Shown here: piece by piece, positions 26,368 through 35,306 of the stretch
Layout: each line of letters starts with the position of its first letter
How positions within the stretch are numbered: the first letter of the stretch is position 1
NCBI GenBank assembly: GCA_043800705.1
Contig: JAZDMS010000017.1
Span: forward strand, 1,975-65,974
Reading direction: 5' to 3'
Source: Candidatus Altiarchaeota archaeon
Lineage (GTDB): Archaea > Altiarchaeota > Altiarchaeia > IMC4 > SCGC-AAA252-I15
DNA length: 64,000 bases
Translations under genes and position numbers: made by a program
Notes under the pieces: model-generated
The model's input: only the letters and a program-made list of their open reading frames with translations
The model's database searches: none
Told to the model about the DNA's origin: nothing

Positions 26368-28278
26368 GTGTCTGCCGTGAAGTTGCTCTCCCCTGCGGGT
26401 GACTGGGATTGCGTAAAAGCCGCGGTGTCTGAAGGGGCGGATGCCGTCTATTTTGGGCTCGGTGACTTCAACGCAAGACGCAGGGCTGGAAACTTCACCC
26501 CTGAGGGTCTGCCGGATCTCGTCAGATACTGCCATGGCCGCGGAGTCCTCGCATACCTTGCTGCGAATACTCTCATAAAAAACGGAGAGCTTAAGGATTG
26601 GTTCCGGCAGGCTGAAACCGCGTATAGCAGCGGCGTCGACGCCCTGATCGTCCAGGAAACGCCCTTTCTCGGGATCCTCAAGGAATCGTTCCCCGACATG
26701 GCGGTCCATGTGTCGACTCAGGCGGGAGTTTTCAACAGCATGTGGGCGGACATGCTTGAGGGCGCGGACATGGTCGTCATGCCCCGTGAGATGACCCTCG
26801 CCCAGGTGAGGGAATTCCACAATACTACCGGATTGCATGTGGAGGTTTTCGTCCAGGGGGCGCTGTGCTTCAGCATCAGCGGACAATGCCTGATGTCCAG
26901 TTTCCTCGGCGGAAGAAGCGGCAACCGGGGCCTTTGCGCACAGCCTTGCAGGAAGAGATATGACGGCGGATATCCGCTGTCCACAGCAGACCTGTGCCTC
27001 GTCCGAAGGCTGCCGGACGTGCTTGCGTCGGGAGTCTCGGCCCTGAAGATAGAAGGCAGGATTCGGAGCCCGGAGTATGTGGGTGCCGCCACAGCGGTCT
27101 ACAGGCGGGCGCTGGACTCCATCGAAAACGGCAGTTTCGAAGTGGACGAGGACGCCTACAAGGACCTGGAGCTCTCGTTCAGCCGCGAATACACCCTCGG
27201 CGGATCGTTTAGGAAATACGATGTCAGCACCCCCAAAGAATCGGGAAAACGGGGAATATATCTCGGACGACTCGGGCCAGGCGGCTCCATCCGACTCGAA
27301 TCCGCCATCCGTGTCGGAGACGGAGTCGGCATCGCCTCGGAGCATGGAACGCATGGAGACATGATACGAGCGATCGAACAAAATGGTCGCCAGGTAAGTC
27401 GGGCTGAAGCCAACATCACTGTGCAGCTTAGCCTAAACGCGCACGATGGTGATGGGATATTCCTGACCTCGGGCGCGCTCCGAAGGAAGAAATACGCTTT
27501 GCAGCTTAATCAAGGGATCACGGTCGAAAGATCATCGCTAAAAATCAAGGAGCGAGCCAAACATGCAGCGGGGTTCGACAAGGTCAAGCTCCTTGTCCGG
27601 ACATTTTCCGTCAAGGAAGCATTCGAGGCCTGTTCCGCTGGGCCTGATAGGGTTTACTACAGCCTGTTTGCGAAGGATTACCCCCAAGGCGAAAAGGGCA
27701 TATGCCCATATGTGCCGCGGTGCCTCTTCGAATGGGCCGCAAAGGAGGCTCTGGAAATCATTGAGGTCCTGAAGCCAGCATCCGTCCTATGCGGCGACCC
27801 GGGAGTGGGCTCTAAGCTGTCCGGTTGCGAAGTCTACCTCGATTCTTCCGCCAACGCTTTCAACGACGTCGACGTCGGTTTTTACAACAAAAGGGGGCTG
27901 ATACCCGTGATATCGCCAGAACTTACCTTGAAGGAGATTTCGGCATTCGAAGACAAGAGGTTCGCGGCATATGTCCACGGAAGGATTCCCCTGATGTCGA
28001 CGAAATATGTGCTGAAGGCCGGTGAATTGACGGACGAACTTGGCTATACCTTCCCCGTCCGGGGCGAGGGAGACATGAGACAGGTGCTAAACAGCGTCCC
28101 ATTCGGATTGTTCTCCGACATACTCGGCCTGAAGAAGGCCGGCGTCGTCGAATACCTACTGGACCTCGAAGGAGACGTCCAAGAAACAATATCCCTATAT
28201 CAGCGGATACTGTCCGGCGAAAGGATCAATAGACCGGAAGGCTACACGACCGGCCATTTCAGGCAGGCAGTTGACTAG
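26368..28278 (+). CDS. Peptidase U32 family protein (long form)
   Basis: The U32 signature is EVFVQGALCFSISGQCLMSS. The N-terminus LLSPAGDWDCVKAAVSEGADAVYFG is typical. GTG start. Confidence 0.88.
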   Translation: MSAVKLLSPAGDWDCVKAAVSEGADAVYFGLGDFNARRRAGNFTPEGLPDLVRYCHGRGVLAYLAANTLIKNGELKDWFRQAETAYSSGVDALIVQETPFLGILKESFPDMAVHVSTQAGVFNSMWADMLEGADMVVMPREMTLAQVREFHNTTGLHVEVFVQGALCFSISGQCLMSSFLGGRSGNRGLCAQPCRKRYDGGYPLSTADLCLVRRLPDVLASGVSALKIEGRIRSPEYVGAATAVYRRALDSIENGSFEVDEDAYKDLELSFSREYTLGGSFRKYDVSTPKESGKRGIYLGRLGPGGSIRLESAIRVGDGVGIASEHGTHGDMIRAIEQNGRQVSRAEANITVQLSLNAHDGDGIFLTSGALRRKKYALQLNQGITVERSSLKIKERAKHAAGFDKVKLLVRTFSVKEAFEACSAGPDRVYYSLFAKDYPQGEKGICPYVPRCLFEWAAKEALEIIEVLKPASVLCGDPGVGSKLSGCEVYLDSSANAFNDVDVGFYNKRGLIPVISPELTLKEISAFEDKRFAAYVHGRIPLMSTKYVLKAGELTDELGYTFPVRGEGDMRQVLNSVPFGLFSDILGLKKAGVVEYLLDLEGDVQETISLYQRILSGERINRPEGYTTGHFRQAVD

Positions 28279-28320
28279 AAGATCATCAGGAATGCATAAT
28301 CCATCAAAAAAGTTTATTAA

Positions 28321-28746
28321 TTGTGCATCTCAATATTATATGTGAAGGTTGAAAGTTCCGTTAATTTTTTAGGAAGTGTTATTGGTTGTGTAATAGGCGG
28401 CATGTCCTGGATTGTTTTAGCTGGGATCTCGATCGATTCCCCGTTTTGGGTGCTATTCCCTCTTATCTGCGGGGCAGCGATCGTCTTTGCCTCTCATCGG
28501 CTCTATAAGCTCCATCCCGAGCGAAATTATTCCATCCTGGGTATCGCAATTTTGGGCACTATCATGCTTGGTATCATATCCGCACAATTCGTATATGACA
28601 AAATCCCAGAGACGGCTTTTGGAGTTAGTACCAACAAGGGCATGTATAGCTTGCAGCAGGTGAACATCCTGTTGGGGGTTTTATCCCTAATAGGCTTTTT
28701 CTTTATGATAATCGACGTGCTAACTGCTCCAAAAAAATCCGCTTGA
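28321..28746 (+). CDS. Hypothetical 4-TM membrane protein in a patch that looks low in G+C
   Basis: Hydrophobic segments throughout. The start is uncertain because the track start is TTG. Confidence 0.45.
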   Translation: MCISILYVKVESSVNFLGSVIGCVIGGMSWIVLAGISIDSPFWVLFPLICGAAIVFASHRLYKLHPERNYSILGIAILGTIMLGIISAQFVYDKIPETAFGVSTNKGMYSLQQVNILLGVLSLIGFFFMIIDVLTAPKKSA

Positions 28747-28811
28747 ACAAACGTAGAATTGCCAAATTTGTGCATGTCGGCAACATTTGGCCTTCAGGCC
28801 GCAAGATACTC

Positions 28812-29438
28812 TCATTTCAGGATCTTCCCGGTCTCCAAGTACCAGAGGTAGAGGTCCAGTTCCGCCATATCCATCCGAAGCCGTTTTCCAAGACCCTGAA
28901 GGACGGACTCGATCTCAAGGTATCTCCTCCTTGTCAGGGTCTTTGGCCTCTTTATCAGCCTGTTTTTCGCGAGTATGTCGATTATGTGGAAATCGACTAT
29001 GGCAAGGTTCCTGTATCCGATGTTCCGAAGGAAATGGCTGGCCTCCTTGTATCCGAGGCCTTTCACGTTTTTCACGACCCACTCCCGAAGCTCGAGCTCG
29101 TCATTTTTCGACCTGATGATTTTTCCGAGGCCCGGGCAGTGTTTTCTTGCCTCGACGATGTAGCCTGCCCTGGCGTTCGGGAACCTGTATCCGAGGGCTC
29201 TGAGCCTCTTAGCAAGTCGGTTGCCAGGCATCCCGAGGAATCCTTCGCCGACCTCCTTCTGTATCCTCATCGCCGGCTCTGCGGCATAATTCGCGGTCAG
29301 GAGGCAGAAGCACATCTCGCCGAACAGCTCTTTGTCGCCTCCTTTGCGGAACCTGCCGAATTCCCTCAGCCTGGCTTCGGCCCGCCTGCCGACGCGGCCC
29401 TTTTTCAGCTCCCTTATTCGCCTGATAAGCTCATCCAT
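28812..29438 (-). CDS. ogg: N-glycosylase/DNA lyase (archaeal Ogg2-type 8-oxoguanine DNA glycosylase)
   Basis: The HhH-GPD-like motif is VKGLGYKEASHFLRNIGYRNLAIVDFH. The size of about 208 aa is typical. It overlaps the pgi-like gene stop by 8 nt. Confidence 0.8.
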   Translation of the reverse strand: MDELIRRIRELKKGRVGRRAEARLREFGRFRKGGDKELFGEMCFCLLTANYAAEPAMRIQKEVGEGFLGMPGNRLAKRLRALGYRFPNARAGYIVEARKHCPGLGKIIRSKNDELELREWVVKNVKGLGYKEASHFLRNIGYRNLAIVDFHIIDILAKNRLIKRPKTLTRRRYLEIESVLQGLGKRLRMDMAELDLYLWYLETGKILK

Positions 29439-31281
29439 CCATGAACTCCCTGACCTTTTCGAAGAACTGCTTAAGGTCGGCTTCTGCGCCCTTTACAGTG
29501 GAATCGGAGGCGAGCAACACGGCCTTTCTCCCGTTCTTTGATAGCGATTCGACCGTCCCTATGGTCTGGGCCTTCAGCAGGCTGTCGTCGTATCCCATCG
29601 CATCCGGCTGTTCGGGGCGCATGTACATGAAGGACGTCGAGAAGAAGGAGTCCCTGCCGTCCTCGAGGTTCTGCTGATAGCTATGGTTCTTGTCAGGCCC
29701 TTCCCCGAGCTTGGATGGCATCTTGAGGCCATTCGTGAATATCCTCGACCTCGCCTCCTCCAATGTCTGCCTTATCCGGGCGGTCATCTTCCCGTATGAT
29801 GCGAGTTCTATTGCTTCAAAGCCTTTCCTCCTCCTCTCCAGCACCTTCAGTATCGCCGCGTAGACTGCCGGCGCATCGGACATCTTCCCGCCCATAGAGG
29901 AGACCTGAGCCTTTATCTCGTCGGATGTGATGGTTCCCGCGGCTATGAGCGGTCCGAAGAAAAGTCTTAGCTTGCCGAACGAGGCGGACGAGTCGAACCA
30001 TCCCTTCGGTATCCTCACTCCTTCTCCCGGAGGCATCGCGGCGATGACGTCCCTGGTGGCCTTCTTGTATCCTTCCACTGCGGGCTGGTCGACGAAGCAT
30101 ATTCCCCAAAGGTATCCGATTGTCGCGACTGCCCTCTCGAAACCGAGCATAAGGCCTCCTATAGAATTCCTTCCGTCGACTTCGATGTCGAACGTCCAAT
30201 AGCCGGCTTCGGTCAGCTGCTGCCAGAGCGAATCCTGCGGCTTCTTTCCGCCGACGCATATTCGGATGAATATCCTGCGGCTCTCCTCAGAAGGCCTCAG
30301 CGAATCCAGGGATAGGTCCTCCCCGTAGAATACGGAAATACCCTTCCCCCCCTTCCCGAGCGATTCCTCAAATAGCTGCTCCGCCCAGACTGGGAGGTCC
30401 CTGAATTCATCGGGGACGATGAATGTGAGTTTGTCCTTGCCCCTGTCCGCGGCGAGATGCTTCAGGAACGCGCCGAGCACGACGAAGGTGTCCTCCTCGA
30501 TGGAGGCCTTCTCGTTCATCCTGCTCGCCTGCGAAAGGACATCCTCCAAGGCCTCTGGGGCGGTCAAGGCGAGGGGCAACAGGAATATCCTCGTCGTGGG
30601 AGACGTGAACCTTCCGCCGATGTCGTCCTTTCCGTTGAGTTGTATGTCCCTCTGGACGTATTCCCCCCTGTCTATAGGGGAGCCCTTGTCGGTCAACACC
30701 CACATGTGGTCCTTCACGTCGATGCCGCATTTTGCATAGAGCTTCTCGAAGTATAGCTTGTGCGAGACAGTCTCCTGGGTGGTCCCGGATTTGCTGATGG
30801 GTATTATGAGGCTCTTCATCAATCCCTCATTCAGGCCGCCGGCCTCCTCGGAAATCTCCCCCAATATCCCGGCGATCGCTGAAGGGTCAGTGGTCCTGAG
30901 GCTCATGATGCGGACGTCCCTTTCGCCGAAGGCGGACTTCACGGTCTGAACGCTGAGGCCCGAGCCTCCCATGCCGCAGAATACGACATACCGGTATCTT
31001 TCGGAGATGGACTTCCCGTCGTCCAAGACGTCCTGGAGCAGTCTCCTGTTGTCTTGGAGCCATTTCACGTTGGACAGGGTCCACCCCATCCGGTTTATCC
31101 TCCTTGCGCCCGACTCCTCGAAGCCGACTGCGGCCAGCTTTGCGCACCCGGCTTTTACCGCCTCCCCATATGTCCTGCCGTATACGTCCTCCATCCGCTC
31201 CCTGAACCTTTCATCCCTCAGCTTGTCCAGGAGGCCGGAGACTTCGGACGACAATGATCGCATCTTCACCAGTAAATACAT
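29431..31281 (-). CDS. pgi: Phosphoglucose isomerase family protein (long form, 616 aa)
   Basis: PGI signature 1 is KDDIGGRFTS. A near match to signature 2 is VDQPAVEGYKK. The SIS-like GMGGSG motif is also present. Confidence 0.7.
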   Translation of the reverse strand: MYLLVKMRSLSSEVSGLLDKLRDERFRERMEDVYGRTYGEAVKAGCAKLAAVGFEESGARRINRMGWTLSNVKWLQDNRRLLQDVLDDGKSISERYRYVVFCGMGGSGLSVQTVKSAFGERDVRIMSLRTTDPSAIAGILGEISEEAGGLNEGLMKSLIIPISKSGTTQETVSHKLYFEKLYAKCGIDVKDHMWVLTDKGSPIDRGEYVQRDIQLNGKDDIGGRFTSPTTRIFLLPLALTAPEALEDVLSQASRMNEKASIEEDTFVVLGAFLKHLAADRGKDKLTFIVPDEFRDLPVWAEQLFEESLGKGGKGISVFYGEDLSLDSLRPSEESRRIFIRICVGGKKPQDSLWQQLTEAGYWTFDIEVDGRNSIGGLMLGFERAVATIGYLWGICFVDQPAVEGYKKATRDVIAAMPPGEGVRIPKGWFDSSASFGKLRLFFGPLIAAGTITSDEIKAQVSSMGGKMSDAPAVYAAILKVLERRRKGFEAIELASYGKMTARIRQTLEEARSRIFTNGLKMPSKLGEGPDKNHSYQQNLEDGRDSFFSTSFMYMRPEQPDAMGYDDSLLKAQTIGTVESLSKNGRKAVLLASDSTVKGAEADLKQFFEKVREFMDG

Positions 31282-31320
31282 CTTCCGCAGACTATATATC
31301 AGCCCTCGGGACGACCCGGA

Positions 31321-31932
31321 TCAGAGCGGGCTCAGGACGCACCTCGCAGGAGAGGCTTCAGTCCCCAGGAATTTCAACGGCATGCATGTGAGCCTGTACC
31401 TGCCTGCCTTTGCAAGGGAAAGGTCGAGGGATTCGATTATCGGTATCTCTTCTTGCAGGAGGATTTTGTGCACTCTGCTTGAGCCTATCTTCTCGATGGA
31501 TATGTAGTCTATCCCCACGGCGGGAACTTTCTTCCGGACGAGGCATTCGGCCGCTTCTGCGCTTAGGCTAGTGTAATCCCTCCTGAATTCGTTTCGTTGC
31601 ATCAGTTTCGAGTTGCGCGTCCGAAAGAGCGCTATGTCCCCTCTCCTGATCTTCTCCCCCCCGATATCGTCTGCCGTGATCTCCCACCATACCTCTGTGA
31701 AATCGCAAACCCTCGCCGGCCCGTTGAGGCGATCGAGGCCGAGTTCGAAGACCGTCTTTCCCCCCGGGATATAATGCGACGGAGAATCGACGTGGGTGCC
31801 GCAGTGGAGGCCGAATGACGCCCTGGATACGACGCTTCCGGATTTGACTTTAGACCTGATCAGCATCTTCGGATCCCCGGGGTATACCAGGGTGTCGTTC
31901 GTCAGCGGCGTGGAGATGTCCAGTATTTTCAC
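31321..31932 (-). CDS. Cyclase family protein (kynurenine formamidase-like)
   Basis: The metal motif is HCGTHVDSPSHY. The 203-aa size is typical. Confidence 0.8.
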   Translation of the reverse strand: MKILDISTPLTNDTLVYPGDPKMLIRSKVKSGSVVSRASFGLHCGTHVDSPSHYIPGGKTVFELGLDRLNGPARVCDFTEVWWEITADDIGGEKIRRGDIALFRTRNSKLMQRNEFRRDYTSLSAEAAECLVRKKVPAVGIDYISIEKIGSSRVHKILLQEEIPIIESLDLSLAKAGRYRLTCMPLKFLGTEASPARCVLSPL

Positions 31933-32118
31933 TTTTTCCTGGGGAATCTCCCGTTGGCCAATACCGTCAACTGTGGCGCGTTCTGCATAAATGAAAAGCC
32001 GGCCAACTTAAGGACTGCAAGAAGCGCTGCACATGCCTTCATGTGAACTGATAACGCTTGCGCGGATATATACGCTCCGGTTACCGTCCATTATTCGCGA
32101 GTATCCGGGAGGCCGGCG

Positions 32119-32553
32119 CTAATCGAAGACCTTCAGATACTTCCCGTATCCCTCCCTTTCCAGGTCCTCCTTAGGTATGAACCTCAGCGCCGCGGAATTA
32201 ATGCAATACCTCTTCCCCGTCGGTTTCGGCCCGTCGTCGAAGACGTGGCCGAGGTGGGAGCCGGACTTCCCGCCCTTCGCCTCCGTCCCCACCATCCCGT
32301 GCGTGGTGTCCACCTTCTCTAGGACATTCCCTTCGGCAAGCGGCTTCTTGAAGCTCGGCCAGCCGGTCTTTGAATCATATTTGTCGAACGAGCTGAACAG
32401 GGCCTGCCCGGAGACTATGTCGACGTAGATGCCCTCGCGGTGATTGTCCCAGTACTCGTTGTCGAACGCCGGCTCGGTCCCGCACTCCTGCGTCACATCA
32501 TACTGCAGCGGCGTCAGCTTCTTCCTCAGCTTCTCCTCGGGCGGCATCTTCAT
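32119..32553 (-). CDS. msrB: Peptide-methionine (R)-S-oxide reductase
   Basis: The SelR domain carries the GWPSF and RYCINS motifs. Confidence 0.92.
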   Translation of the reverse strand: MKMPPEEKLRKKLTPLQYDVTQECGTEPAFDNEYWDNHREGIYVDIVSGQALFSSFDKYDSKTGWPSFKKPLAEGNVLEKVDTTHGMVGTEAKGGKSGSHLGHVFDDGPKPTGKRYCINSAALRFIPKEDLEREGYGKYLKVFD

Positions 32554-33071
32554 TCACCCCATGTATTCTTCCTATACTCCTCCCTTCCTGAAAGCAGCCT
32601 ATACGATTTATACCCCCGCGGGTCTTTCTTGTGGAATTGCCTGTGATACTCCTCTGCCATATAGAATTCGGCGGCCGGCAGTATCAGCGTCGCAAGCGGT
32701 CTGCCGAACCTCTCCCTCTCCAGTCTCCTCTTCGACTCCTCAGCGAGCCTCTTCTGCTCCTGCGAGTGGAAGAATATGGCTGTCTTGTACTGGCTTCCCT
32801 TGTCTGAGAACTGCCCTTCCGCGTCCATGGGGTCTATCTGCCGCCAGAAGACGTCGAGGAGCTTCTCATAGCTTAGCTTCGCAGGGTGGTATTCGACCCT
32901 CACAGCCTCGATGTGGCCGGTGGTCCCGGACGAGACCTCCTCATACGCTGGGTTTTCCCTGCTGCCTCCCGTGTATCCCGGCACGACCAGCAGCACGCCT
33001 TTCAGCCTAGCGAACGGCGGTTCCATGCACCAGAAACAGCCTCCCGCGAAGGTTGCAAGCTCAGGAATCAT
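32550..33071 (-). CDS. msrA: Peptide-methionine (S)-S-oxide reductase
   Basis: The active-site motif is GGCFWC. There is a 4-nt overlap with msrB. Confidence 0.92.
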   Translation of the reverse strand: MIPELATFAGGCFWCMEPPFARLKGVLLVVPGYTGGSRENPAYEEVSSGTTGHIEAVRVEYHPAKLSYEKLLDVFWRQIDPMDAEGQFSDKGSQYKTAIFFHSQEQKRLAEESKRRLERERFGRPLATLILPAAEFYMAEEYHRQFHKKDPRGYKSYRLLSGREEYRKNTWGE

Positions 33072-33138
33072 GGTTGATTCCTATGAAGGGAATAAGATAA
33101 ACGCTACAGTTACCTGCGTGTAATCGGAAAAAAACCCG

Positions 33139-33774
33139 TCACTTGATACGTTTCAGTATCCTGTACGTCCTGGATTTCTCGTCCAATCCGCCGGTCTTCC
33201 ACACCGCGTCTATGTCTTCCGGAGTGTCTATGTCCCTCAGTTCCTCCAGGGTCGTGACTTTCCTGCCGGAATCCCTGGCGTTTTCGATAATCCTCTTCGA
33301 TACGTCTTTGCCGTCCCAGTCCACTTTGTCGAATATCTCCTCTGTCATCTCATGCCCCCCGATGAGGTAGAACCCGCCGTCGTGGCTCGGCCCGATGACG
33401 AGGTCGCAGTCGGTCATCTTCTGGAAGGCGTCCTGGACGTGCTCCTTTTTCATGAGGGGCACGTCGCATCCGACGACGATGACATCCCTTATCCCCATCT
33501 TCCGGAAGTCCCGGAAGACGTTCATGATCTTTTCGCCGAGGTCCCTGCCGTTCTGCTGGACATATTTCCTGTCTCCGAGGATATTCCACAAAAGCTGAAG
33601 CTTGTTCGGCGGCCAGTAGGCGACATAGGGAAAGTATTCCCGAAGCTGGTCGAGCGTGTCCAGGAGGAACGCGGTATAAAGCTCCTCGACGACGTGCGGG
33701 GGGAACTTCCTCTGCAGGCGCGTCTTCACCTGTCCTTTTTCAGGGACCTTCGTGAACACGATCACGTCTCTCAT
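33139..33774 (-). CDS. DUF2064 / TIGR04282-like nucleotidyl- or glycosyl-transferase-fold protein
   Basis: VIVFTKVPEKGQVKTRL...DVIVVGCDVPLM...VIGPSHDGGFYLIG fits the family. The ATG at 33774 lies 1 nt after the upstream stop. The longer track start would overlap the upstream gene. Confidence 0.7.
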   Translation of the reverse strand: MRDVIVFTKVPEKGQVKTRLQRKFPPHVVEELYTAFLLDTLDQLREYFPYVAYWPPNKLQLLWNILGDRKYVQQNGRDLGEKIMNVFRDFRKMGIRDVIVVGCDVPLMKKEHVQDAFQKMTDCDLVIGPSHDGGFYLIGGHEMTEEIFDKVDWDGKDVSKRIIENARDSGRKVTTLEELRDIDTPEDIDAVWKTGGLDEKSRTYRILKRIK

Positions 33775-33775
33775 C

Positions 33776-34471
33776 TTATGTATGAATGAATGATTTGGAT
33801 ATATATGGGCGATAACCGGGGCTGTTTCCGGTTTTGTCACGGATTCGCCGCCGTTTTCCCGAAGCCTGCTTTATTGGCTTCGGGGCGGTGCTGCCTACCT
33901 TTGGCGCGGACCTAAGGATGCGCCTGAAATATTCAAGGTGCCATAGAATGTGGAATGCCGAGATTATCGCCATCGCTATGCCCGCCTCGACATGCCAGTA
34001 GAGCATGTTGAACGGGAGCGGTAACAGGATGCCGTAATTGATCCTGAGGACGAGCAGGATACCGAGGAATGCGGATACGGCAAAGGTTAACAGGAGCATG
34101 AGGTTCCAGACCATCCGGTGGGTCCTGACCGTCATCCTCCCGCATTTGGTGAGGACAAACGAGATCCCGTATATGACCAACATGACCGCGGTCAGGTTCA
34201 CGAAATCGTATCTGCCCTGGGAGAAAATGGATAGGGCCGAAGAAGACGCGGCTGGTGGAGTCGGGACGTTCTGACCCCCGGGAACCGTCGATGCTGTGGT
34301 CGTAGACTCGGCAGGTTCGCTCAGGTCGCACAGTCCCGAGCCGTCATCGTCCATATAGCGGGCGCACTGTCCCGGATAGGAGTCGTTTACTATGCCGAAC
34401 GGGCATTCGACGGCGGATGCTGCGCTCGAGAATGCGATAAAGATGAAGAGAGCGGAAACGAGCTTGTGCAT
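33776..34471 (-). CDS. Membrane protein with an extracytoplasmic Cys motif and His-bearing TM helices (DUF4405-like)
   Basis: After the signal peptide comes the motif CPFGIVNDSYPGQCARYMDDDGSGLCDLS. About 4 TMs follow, with conserved His residues (HRMVWN, YWHVE, FHILWH). Confidence 0.5.
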   Translation of the reverse strand: MHKLVSALFIFIAFSSAASAVECPFGIVNDSYPGQCARYMDDDGSGLCDLSEPAESTTTASTVPGGQNVPTPPAASSSALSIFSQGRYDFVNLTAVMLVIYGISFVLTKCGRMTVRTHRMVWNLMLLLTFAVSAFLGILLVLRINYGILLPLPFNMLYWHVEAGIAMAIISAFHILWHLEYFRRILRSAPKVGSTAPKPIKQASGKRRRIRDKTGNSPGYRPYISKSFIHT

Positions 34472-34606
34472 GGGTTATACAAGGGTGTGATTTTTTATAA
34501 GCGTATCGACTGCAGGCTGTCCGCCGGAAGTTACGCCGGCGTTACCGCCTGGTTTATATTATCTGCCTGCAATACCGTAACCCTCAATCCAAGGGGTGAT
34601 GAAATC

Positions 34607-35305
34607 ATGATATTGAAAAAGAAGGTTAAACCAAAATGGGGCTGTAAAATATGCGGGAAAAACACAGGCCTTCCCGGAAGGATATGCGTCGAGTGCAAGA
34701 CGGACCACACCGCAATACGCGGAAACGTCGCCAAAAAGACGGCATCATCCCGTAAGTCTTCCGCCTCTAAGGGCCAGAAAAAGCCCTCTGGCAAGGCTCC
34801 CACCGAGGAGATCAAGGATTCGACGATGTGCGGCGCCCTGGGCAGGGCCCTCGACCTAGAGACCGAAGGGCGGCAGTTCTACCTCAGGTGCGCGCAGAGC
34901 ACGACCAGCCCAGAGGGGAAGAACATGTTCACGTTCCTCGCAAACGAGGAAAAGCTGCATTATGAACGGATCGCGGAGCTTTACGAGAGGGAGGAATACA
35001 AGGCCTATTGCGACTATGTGGAAGCCAAGGGATTGACCACGGGCGTGTTCGAAAAGCGCGTCAAGGGAGGCAACCTCGACGAGAAGTCGGACGCCCTGTC
35101 TGCCCTCAACGTCGGAATCAAGGCCGAAGAGAACAGCATCGAACTGTACTCCACCCTGGCGAACGGGGCGTCATCGGAGCAGATGCGTATGTTCTTCGAA
35201 CGGCTCGTCTCCGAGGAGAGAAACCACCGCAACATCCTGGGCAACGAGATCGAGTTCGTCACCGGGACCGGCGATTTCAGGGACTTCACCGCAGTGACGA
35301 TGTGA
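34607..35305 (+). CDS. Zinc-ribbon plus rubrerythrin/ferritin-like diiron domain protein
   Basis: The ATG at 34607 is preceded by AAGGGGTGAT. The N-terminal ribbon is CKICG...CVECK. ExxH-type ferritin-like helices follow (LANEEKLHYERI, ERLVSEERNHRNIL). Confidence 0.7.
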   Translation: MILKKKVKPKWGCKICGKNTGLPGRICVECKTDHTAIRGNVAKKTASSRKSSASKGQKKPSGKAPTEEIKDSTMCGALGRALDLETEGRQFYLRCAQSTTSPEGKNMFTFLANEEKLHYERIAELYEREEYKAYCDYVEAKGLTTGVFEKRVKGGNLDEKSDALSALNVGIKAEENSIELYSTLANGASSEQMRMFFERLVSEERNHRNILGNEIEFVTGTGDFRDFTAVTM

Positions 35306-35306
35306 T

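Noticed and set aside
26257-27381. 374-aa ORF on the minus strand
   Set aside because: It lies entirely antisense to the U32 peptidase gene, whose plus-strand translation carries the exact U32 signature. The antisense product is Arg/Ser/Ala-rich with no motif, which is typical of off-frame ORFs in GC-rich coding DNA.
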